The notes under the pieces were generated by a model. It did not search any database, was not told the DNA's origin, and worked only from the letters and a program-made list of their open reading frames with translations. A program made the position numbers and the translations under genes. Shown piece after piece: positions 47,201-56,458 of a stretch of DNA of 64,000 nt. Position 1 is the first letter of the stretch; each line of letters begins with the position of its first letter. Source of the stretch: Mytilus californianus. Lineage: Eukaryota. The stretch covers positions 72,726,001-72,790,000 of the forward strand of contig NW_026262745.1 in the NCBI RefSeq assembly GCF_021869535.1, given 5' to 3'.

Positions 47201-48852
47201 TCGTCTGTCGTCCGTCGTCGTCTGTTAACTTTTACAAAAATCTTCTCTGAAACTATTGGGCCAAATTTGACCAAACTTGGTAACAGTCATCATTGGGGTA
47301 TCTAGTTTAAAAACTGTGTCACGTGACCCTGCCTCCCAAAAAAGATGGCTAAAAATAGAACATCGGGTAAAATGTTTTGTCTATTATTTTGAGAACCATT
47401 ATGAATAGAGAAAATCTGACTAAAGCAAAATGTTCAAAATAATGAGCACTACCTATTGTCCTATACGTCAAAACTGTCAGACGACTTCTTATAGGAGTTA
47501 TTGCCCTTAAATGACAAATTTTACCGTTTCTTTTTTTATTTTTGCCTACTATCCTGAAAACTATAACAGATAAAGAGAAACTTTAAAATGCAAGAATGAT
47601 CAGCAAGTCAAGTTATACAAATAAATCAACATGGTCGAAATCATCAGTCGACTCCTTATTAGAGTTATTGCCCTTTGATGACGATTTTTACCATTTTTTT
47701 TGCGTTTTTGCTTTTATCTTCAAAATTTTAAAAGATAGATAGAAACTTAATTTTGCAAAAAATAATCAGCAAGACAAGATCTACAATGAAGACGGAATGA
47801 AGGAAATCGTCCGACAACTCCTTAATGGAGTTATTGCCCTTTAATGACGATTTTCTATTGTCTTTTAACTTTTACAAAAATCTTCTCCTCTGAAACTACT
47901 AGGCCAAATTTAACCAAACTTAGCCACAATCATCATAGGGGTATCTAGTTTATAAAAAAATTGTCCGGTGACCCTGTCCGCCAACCAAGATGGCCGCCAT
48001 GGCTAAAAATAGAACATAGGGTAAAATGCAAGTTTTGTCTATAATTTTGAAAACCGTTACATGTATGAATAGAAAAAATCTGACAGAAGCAAACATGTTC
48101 AGAATGTTGAGCTTTACCAATTGTCCTTATACGTCAAAACTGTCAGACAACTTCTTATAGGAGTTATTGCCCTCAAATGACAAATTGTACCATTTTTGAC
48201 ATTATTACCTATTATCCTGAAAACTATAATAGATAAAGAGAAACTTTAAATTGCAAGAGTGATCAGCAAGATAAAAAAATGAGGATTTTTTTACCCTGTT
48301 TTGTGTTTTGAGTAAAAAGTAAAGAAGATAGAGAAAAACTAAAGAGACTAAATGATCAGCAATACAAGATCAACAAAACAGATTATTGTCATAAATTCTA
48401 TTCTCGTCTACAATGTTGGAGAGTGTCCTTTGTTGAATATGCACATAGACCAAGATGAGCGACAGAGGCTCTTTAGAATCTCTAGTTTGGTTTTGAAAAA
48501 GCTCTAAATTTCATAAATAAGCTTTTGATTTTCAAATATTTTGCCTCGCTGAGCATCACTGACGAGACATGTATTGTCGAAATGCGCATCTGGTGCAGAA
48601 CAATTTGTACCGTTAATGATATTGACCAATACAGGTCTATTCAAAATGCAATATGATGTTAACAACTATTTAGAATTAATAGTTTTTCGTTCAGTAATTT
48701 TATCACAAAACACTTACTTCCGAAATATTTTTTTATCTTAGATACCTAACTTTTTTTCAGATGCAGAAAAAAAGAAAAAAGAAGAAGTGAAGATATCATT
48801 AGATAACGTGGACGAGAAAAAAGAAGACAAAGATACGAAAAAAGCTACATAA
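38130..48852 (+). CDS. Shisa-like/STMC6 single-pass membrane protein, paralog B; 6 exons, 153 aa
   Basis: Exons 38130-38202, 41709-41796, 42811-42950, 44797-44844, 47055-47075 and 48761-48852 with consistent phases. YC...SCEHGCCGNGCC, TM VSLALGLIFGLIGLILLCSGFAICFVQYLY, RRKKK. AATAAA at 48970-48975. Confidence 0.85.
40929..41075. repeat. Imperfect hairpin MITE-like palindrome
   Basis: tataggattaaacg...cactcacaaaca / tgtttgtgagtg...cgtttaatccttata. Confidence 0.8.
41709..41796 (+). CDS. Paralog B exon 2 (ADAASYCPVDAYAQSCEHGCCGNGCCVN)
   Basis: ttattccag acceptor, AA/gtacaa donor, six-Cys pattern. Confidence 0.88.
41870..42230 (-). repeat. Dispersed family, inverted copy
   Basis: gtacggccttcaac...ggctcctgacttgggac...ggcggggttaaacatg. 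Confidence 0.8.
42480..42600 (+). mobile_element. SINE 3' fragment
   Basis: ggttctctccg...aataaaactgac-like...tgaaagtggcgataaacacca followed by an (AATA/AATC)n tail. Confidence 0.45.
42811..42950 (+). CDS. Paralog B exon 3 (TM helix + basic stop-transfer)
   Basis: Within ORF 42641-42955. tttttttcag acceptor, GAG/gttaaa donor (weak). Confidence 0.85.
43130..43228. repeat. Perfect palindrome, 49-bp arms with 1-nt spacer
   Basis: 43130-43178 is the exact reverse complement of 43180-43228. Confidence 0.95.
44797..44844 (+). CDS. Paralog B exon 4 (PTSGTVMKPTPIPPI)
   Basis: ttttcag acceptor, AT/gttagt donor, phase 1-1. Confidence 0.75.
44960..45400 (+). mobile_element. Helentron/HINE (pearl-like) non-autonomous element
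   Basis: (GTCC)n microsatellite, two roughly 155-bp core repeats, 3' GTGTCC-CAT-GGACAC hairpin followed by a T-rich end. Confidence 0.65.
46661..46810. repeat. Imperfect hairpin MITE-like palindrome
   Basis: agacaataactgtttagtgtctttaaatatcagctgtat / atacagctgatatttaaagacactaaacagttatagtct. Confidence 0.85.
47055..47075 (+). CDS. Paralog B 21-nt microexon (F-LRHKKT)
   Basis: Long T-tract + cag acceptor, CAG/gtgagt donor, phase 1-1. Confidence 0.8.
47144..48487 (+). mobile_element. Helentron/HINE-like element with two roughly 640-bp internal repeats
   Basis: 5' (CGT)n/(GTC)n tract, duplicated ttaacttttacaaaaatcttctc units at about 47226 and 47866, short 3' hairpin. Confidence 0.65.
48553..48596 (+). 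ncRNA. Minimal type I hammerhead ribozyme, intact core
   Basis: Stem I GCAUCA/UGGUGC, CUGACGA, stem II GAC-AUGUAUU-GUC, GAAA, stem III U-GCGC-A, UC cleavage site after 48590. Confidence 0.8.
48761..48852 (+). CDS. Paralog B last coding exon (AEKKKKEEVKISLDNVDEKKEDKDTKKAT*)
   Basis: tttttttcag acceptor, in-frame TAA at 48850-48852. Confidence 0.8.
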
Positions 48853-49559
48853 TCATTCTAAACGAGTCGTTATAGCATACATTAATTTATCAGTTCCTTC
48901 TATTTTGATAAATTACAACGTATTCATTATCAAATACTATATTTCACATTTAACATTTATATTTGTATTAATAAATTTCAAAACTTCTACTGGTGATTGT
49001 ATTATTCTTCTCAATACAAAGATTGGTGATGGACGTCAAATCCGTTGCAAATCTTAAAGTATTTGTTATTGACCAATGAATATGATTTTGAATTGCATTA
49101 TCGAAATTTTAAGTTTTTAAGTGTTTTCGATTCACCAATATGTTATTCACGTGGTTGCTAGTACTCAGCAGCAAAATGTACGAGAAGAGATGTTGAATTT
49201 CTGAAAATGGTCATGTAATAATTGTTCAATTATGACCATGTTTTTTATTTTTAATTAAGAGGATTAATTAATAACTGGACAACATCTGTTTGAAAAAAGC
49301 ACCCACATTTCAAGTAGTAATACATCCTACTATATGTACCACCTTTGATAAGTACTTAGTATGACGATAAATTTTCACTTTTGTTCTCGTACTATGAACA
49401 ACAAATTTATTTATTTGGTAAAAAATATTTCAGTACTAACTACAAAATTATTATATTTAAATTACCTGTGTACGTTATTTTATTTAACGCCATTTGGTCC
49501 AAGGCTACAGTTGTCTTTTTGACATTGTTTTACATCTCCTCCCTTTTTTTTTATTTATA

Positions 49560-50040
49560 TTGTATTTATATTGTGTCATAGATTTTATTCGTTCAGTTTA
49601 TGTTTACTTGTTTTTGTTAATATGTCTTTTTGATTGAGTTAAGCCGTTTCAATTGATATCTTATAGTGTTACTTTCTATGTTGTAATGTTACACTACTGT
49701 TCCAGGTTAGGGTGAAGGCTGGCGCCTTTTAAAACGTTTAAACCCGCTGCATTTGTTTGCACCTGTCCTAAGTCAGGAACCTGTTGTTCAGTGGTTGTCG
49801 TTTGTTGATGTGGTTCATAAGTGTTTCTCGTTTCCCGTGTTTTATATAGATTAGACCGTTGGTTTTCCTGTTCGAATTGTTTTACATTAGTCATTTCGGG
49901 CCCTTTATAGCTTGTTGTTCGGTGTGAGCCAAGGCTCCGATGTGGAAGGCCGTACTTTGACCTATAATTGTTTACTTTTACACATTGTGACTCGGATGGA
50001 AAGTTGTCTCATTGGCACTCATACGACATCGTCTTATTTC
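49560..50040 (+). repeat. Dispersed family, copy
   Basis: gagttaagcc...caggaacctg...gttgtctcattggcactc. Confidence 0.8.
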
Positions 50041-50674
50041 TAGGTATGTTATATTTTAGGTTTTAGCGTTCATTTTAAAGGTAAAAGAAGGAAAAAAAAA
50101 AAGGAAAAAAAGCGTCTTAATCGGAACACATTTTTTAAAAGGATATTTCAATTTTTGTAGCACTGAGTCAATACTGCTGCAGGTGGACTGTTTAACCTTA
50201 TGCGACATTATCAGCTCATTATACAGTGCTTCGGTACTTGCATGCTTTACATTCCTCAACTCTCCGCTAAAAAAATTCAACATCATTAAGAAAGTAAGGT
50301 TTTAATAAATCACACAGAGCTGACCTCTTGTGGATTTGGCTAATGATTTAAGTTTTCATTTAGTTTTATAGATCTTCATGTTTTATTTTTTACACCCTTG
50401 GCTTTTAGATTTTTGGGTGCTACCTTCCCTGATGAAAGTTATTCCACAAACTTTGGACGCACTAAATTATAAAAAAAAGTATTTTATTGTTTAGCAATAT
50501 GTCGTTAATGGAGTCTCCGATGGTATTCTCATATCAGTACTCATTGAATTGGTATCTATAGGATTGATAGTATACTTTTCCTAAATTCTACGGAGATAAA
50601 TTTCAAAGATCATTAGGAAACATGGATTCCAATTCCATCAGAAGAGTTGAACTAAGATGGATTTGGCTCTTTAT

Positions 50675-53129
50675 TTACAGCTCTTTTCGTAATGCTAGCA
50701 AGTTTAAAGGTTTGGTTGACTTGCTTGCTTTGTTTGTATAAATGTTTGCTCAATCATTGTAATTAAGATTGACATCTGCAAACAATATAAGTAGGCGGAG
50801 TTAAACATGTGTAAGGTAAATTTGATTATTTGATAATGTCCAATCAAATTTAAATATAATGTATACAAGTTTAAATCCGCCTTTTTATATTGTTTTCAGA
50901 TGTCAATCTTAATTACAATGCTTGAGCAAACATTTATACAAACAAAGCAAGCAAGCCAAACAAACCTTTACACTACAAAAGTCAAAAAGTCTGAAAAGAC
51001 CAGTTTTTGTTTTACTCGATATTCTTAATTTGTCTGAATAATTTTTAAAAATTCTTGACATAGTATGAATTTGTCTAATTAGGTTCTTGATTTTTCTTGA
51101 CAAGTGTCTTGACAGTATGAACATTGTCTTAAAATTTCTCGACACTTCCTGTATCATCTGATAAGAGTCTGGATGCGTCTCGACCAATTCTTGACTGTCT
51201 TTAATGTGTCTCGATCTGTCTTGACATATTCTTGACATTCTTAATAATGTCTGAATATGTCTCGTCATGTTCTTGACATTCTAAATAATGTCTGAATATG
51301 ACTCGACACATTCTTGACAGTCTTAAATATGTCTTGACACTATCTTAACAGTATAAATTTCGCCTGAAATGTGAACAGACTTATTCTGCACTGTTTATGA
51401 TATTCTATTGCTGTTATATACTCCTTTTTATTATGGCTGAACTAAACTTTGAAGAATCAAGGATTAATTTGGTATAGTAAGATACCCTTTTGGTGCAACT
51501 AAGTTGGAATACCCTGAATTATCCCCCATGTAGTTTAATTTTGATTTATTTTTATTAAACATTTAAGTAATTGTTTTCACTTGGAATATAAGTCGAAGGT
51601 ATTGACAAACAGCATTTAGATTTTTGCCGTTCGCAAAACTGCCAGTCAAATTTGCTTTTCTAAAATAGGTGTCTTGTATCTCTTTTGGACCCCACAATTC
51701 ATCTTTTGGGTTTGTGTGGCTAAAAAAAGAGGGGGAGGGATTTCTTTTAGGTCAAAGAATTTGTTCCCATCTTGATTCAAAAACCTTATTCATTTTTTAG
51801 AACAACCCAAAAACATTTTTTATTCAAATTTGAGTGTTGAATTTTATAATTTTTTATCAAAAATAAATATTGGTGATAACTCCTTCCTGAAAAGAAAAAA
51901 ATGTTTAGATCTATATTATACATGTCTGTTTGAGAACCATTTCATAAGACCGATGATTTCTATAGAAATCATTGATGGGACCCATTATAAATACATTTTT
52001 TTTATTATTCCTGGAGTAGATAATAATTTTCTTTTAATCTTTGGGAATTATTCAATTTGTTTTTATGTTAAAATAATTAACTTCATAATTTTGATGAAGA
52101 AAATCCATTTCAATTCAATTTTTTTTCATCAAAATGATGATTTTCATTTTCATCTATCAACAAACTTTTTAAATTGTAGTGGCATGGTCGGTCAACTGAT
52201 AAGTTATATGGCTGATTACAGGTAAAGCAATAACTTCTATTTGACAGTTGCGTGTACTCTGTGGTGTGGAATACCTTAATTTTATGGGGAACATCCTGTC
52301 CATGTGTACATTGTAATACTAATATATTCCAACAGATGACATTACACAAATTTTTCGTCTGTTAAATGAATGATTTGTATATCATCATAGTTTGCTATTT
52401 ATATAAACCACATTTTGGTATAATAATTATTTACCATATCAACATTGAATATTATGAATGTAGAATGAAATATGTCTACAGTATGATTGGTTTGAATCAT
52501 TTAATTTATAAGATTTAGGAATCAAAATTTGTAATTATTTAAAAACCCACATTGAAATTGTTTTATATCAACACACCCACATTTGAATTATTTTATACTT
52601 TAGATTTCATAGCCATATTTGCATTTGTAAAAATATTTATATACCCAAATTTTCAATTATTTTACATGCCCAACTTTTATTTTTGTTGTAAAGAAGTGTA
52701 ACTTAAAACAACAGTATATCATATAAAGAGAAATAAAGATTAAAGTTAAATCATGAATATTGGACATGATTTGTAAAACTCAGAACTGTCAAGTAAATTT
52801 AAGACACGATTCAAAATGTTCAGAATATGTCAAGCCATACTGAGAAAAAATAAGAATGTCGAGAATATATCGAGAAATTTCAAGACAGTATTCAAATGTC
52901 AAGAATTTGTCAAGAAATTTTAAGACCATATTCAGAATGTCGAGAATATGTCGAGTAAATTTCATACAAATTTAATATAAATGAGAATTTGTCAAGAAAA
53001 ATCAAGACACAAGTCATACTTTTGGAGAATGTCGAGTAAAAGTTTATGCAAATGAAGACAAAAACTGGTCTTTTCAGACTTTTAGACTTCTGTAGTGTTA
53101 ACTTGCTAGCATTATGAAAAGAGCTGTAA
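50675..53129. mobile_element. About 325-bp hairpin MITE interrupted by the CACTA element
   Basis: Left arm 50675-50810 pairs with 50860-50970 and continues at 53101-53129 after the CACTA insertion. Confidence 0.8.
50971..53097. mobile_element. CACTA/CMC non-autonomous element (2127 bp)
   Basis: CACTAC...GTAGTG termini, about 35-bp TIR, 3-bp TSD TTA on both sides, many subterminal TCTTGACA/TGTCAAGA repeats, no transposase ORF. Confidence 0.9.
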
Positions 53130-56100
53130 GGTACACGTTTTCAAATATTTATACATCCTTTGTAATTTAATTTTTTTTGGGGTTAGAGAATTCCCGATGA
53201 AGACAAATACAGAAAAGCTCATCGGACGCATCATATTAAAAAACAAACATTTTTCTAAATTGTAAATCTTGATGTCCAACTTTTTTATTATTTGGTATTG
53301 GCTTTGAACCAGCTTTCAGTTACTGAAAGTCGCTGATTTGTCTTTGAACAAGTTTTAACAGTAACTGCGAATAATCTCATATCGGTACATGTAATTTAAG
53401 TCTTTTTGTTAGATGATTTTGTGTGCTTTGTGTCGATATGATGAGTTTAGCCCTTTCAAATTGATTTTTGTACTGTGTACTTATGTTATGCTGTTACACC
53501 ACTGTCTCGGGTAAGGGAAAGCTTTGCCTTCCGCAAATATATTTAACCCCATCACATTGTCAGAAATCAGGAGCCTGTAAATCAGTGATTGTCGTTTGTT
53601 GCTAAAATGCATATTTGTTTATATATAATTATCGTTTTCTCATTTGAATTGTTTTCCATTTATCATGTCAAGTTTTTAAAAAAAAATTAAAGTTGAACAG
53701 GAAAATTGAAATCGTCAACAAGACTTATTCTCAAATGAATTACTGTAACATTTAAATGTCTTAACAAACTGCAAGTTTGCCTTGTAATTAAGGTAAATAA
53801 TGACCTTGAATATGTCTTTATTTTATGCCTTAAAGTACATTTCATTGAAACATGAAATCGACCGGGGTTGTTTCGTCAAAAGAAAGACATATTGTTTTGA
53901 AAAGACAAATCTATATAGGTATATACACTTATAGAAAATATGTTAAATTTTGGGCTTTACAATCTCCAACCTATAACTTGATAGATATCAAACGTTCTGG
54001 TTGTCCTGCGAGAAAATGTTCTGTAATTTAGTAATTTGGACCTGATTGGTGCCAATGGGTAATGATTCAGTGCTGGTGTATTTTACATTGTATCAGAACG
54101 GCATAAAACAAAGTTTCCGTTCAGAAAATATTCACTTATACTTTATACTTACCTCTCGAGGTATTTTACATGCAAGTGTAAAGCAGATTAATAAGACAAA
54201 ATTGCCTTGTGCTGCTGATATATTTGGGTTCTGTGAACCTACGCCATTGTTCTGTGCTCTTTATTTGTAAGTAAAAAAGGCAAATATTTACGATCAATGA
54301 TGTTGAAAATGTGTGTTATAATAGAAAAGACACCTTCAGACTATATCATACATTTCGTGGATGAAATATTTCAGATGAGTGAAAAAATAACGGCCTGTTT
54401 TATGCACAGTATAACGAACACATATACAATATACAACCACAAACGACAATCACTGAATTACAGGCTAATGGCTTTGGACGGACACACACACAATGTAGAA
54501 AACATAAGAAAAACTGCAAACATCAGATGAAAAGGGCTTTGCCGTTTTATCATTAATAATGTAAAAACATACTAAATGATCTAAGCTTCAGATTATAAAA
54601 AAACAACTTTTGGTCTTTGGTGATACCACATCTTGTTCTTTTTGTCTAAAACTAAAATATCATATGACTCCAAAATTTAAAATGTAAACTGTTTTGTATT
54701 AAGAATGGCGGGTTTAAAAATCAGAGTAATGACTGTACAGGGAATCGTGAAGTTAAATTGGGAGGGAGTACAATACAAATTCCAAAAGTATAACCCTTAT
54801 TAGATAATACATTTTCAGGTACACATATTACAGGCAATGGTTTAATACAAAGTTTATGGTAATAATTTATGTGTATCTAGCATACTGGTTATTATTTTTC
54901 TGGCAATTTCAAGTGGTACTCTAGATATTTTTATATATTTAATGACACGAATTTCAATCCTGTTTCTGTACGTCAGAAACACGTGTCTGTGTCTTTGTTT
55001 TTCAATAATGTAGTTCAAAATAAATAGACGACAACAATTTTTATTGAGGGAGAAAAGGGGTGGGGGAGATGTTGCGGAGAAACTTGTTAAGCTTAGAAAA
55101 GTTCTAAATTTGATGATAGTAAATACGATGATTATGAACAATTTTGATTACGTCAGAAGATAGTTAAACCAAGAAAACGTTTTCCAAGAGGGTGGTCCCA
55201 GAAAGATTTAAATATCTTACGCTATGCAGATAAAAAAACTTTTCTGATAAACAAATTACAAGTAATTTTTTTTGGAAAACGGTTTTCTGGCAATCACACT
55301 TTGTATGTTAAGTAATCTAGATAGGCCTTTCACCTCTTCGTGGAAAGACCTTTTGATTTTGCTGTGATCATGTTTTTGTTAACATGTCAATAACAAATTT
55401 CTTAAATGATATTCTTTGCGTTATTTGTATATATAGTATAGCGGGAATATAATGACAAGTGTTATAAGAGATATGGATTATTGTTTGGTATAAAATATAA
55501 TAGAAAAACAGTGTCAATTTGTACATTTATTCCAGTCGAAAAAAAATGTAATATTCCATTGTTATAGCTAGCTATACATAGTGGAGTCAACACAAACATG
55601 ACATAATCTAACAAAGATATTTGCAAAATCTTTGACGGATTCAATAAATGTACATATATTATATATAACACGCTTTACATTATATATGACATTTAAATCA
55701 TGATACAACAAAATAACTGACACATATTATGACCATGGTAACAGTTCAAAAACTTGATAAGTGAATGTTAAAATATTACAAAGTAGTCTTTTTGCAATGT
55801 TTGCCCAATGCATACATGTTGTCAGCAGGGCAAATAATGCATCTTCTAACAACCAAAAGGAGCCTTAGAGTTTACAGTGAAACATAAAATAGTGAACAGC
55901 AGACGTGTTGTTTAATAATATATCAATTTCTGTATCAGCAAAAATTTAGATAAATTGTAGAAACAAATTTATCGGAGAATATTGAAGATCTGAAATCAAT
56001 GCCGGACTTTCTAACCGATGGAAAAATTCAATTGCAATACAATTTCATACAATCACAACGTATACTGAGCGTATTAACTTGAGAGCGGTGCAAGACAAAT

Positions 56101-56458
56101 GTTAACTTAGGTTTCTAGATTCCCACTAAAGATAACGGATCAATTTATTGAAATATTAATCTAGGTATGATTGAACTAAACTATGATTTGTTTTAAAGAT
56201 GTATTATACACACATACGCATTAATTTTCAAATGAATACGCTACAAAGCATATTTCAAAAGCGTAGTAGATGAAATAAATTTCAAATAAAGGCAGCACGC
56301 AATGTTATAATGTAAATATCTGTGTTTATCTTTATTTGTTAACGACCATCATATTACATATAATTACAAGTATACTTTTAGCTTAATACAGTACATTCAC
56401 ATATTCCATTTAGGCTATGAAAACGTTTTGCGAGTACTTTTCAACAGTACATTGATTG

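Noticed and set aside
50423-50460. Hammerhead-like motif
   Set aside because: GAAA is mutated to CAAA and stem III is deleted. A relic only.
50909-51268. 119-aa ORF
   Set aside because: Arises from CACTA subterminal repeats.
51830-52225. 131-aa ORF inside the CACTA element as a transposase
   Set aside because: Ile/Phe/Asn-rich AT-bias composition, TTG start, no transposase motifs.
53188-53229. Hammerhead-like motif
   Set aside because: The core reads CCGATGA and the stems are broken. A relic only.
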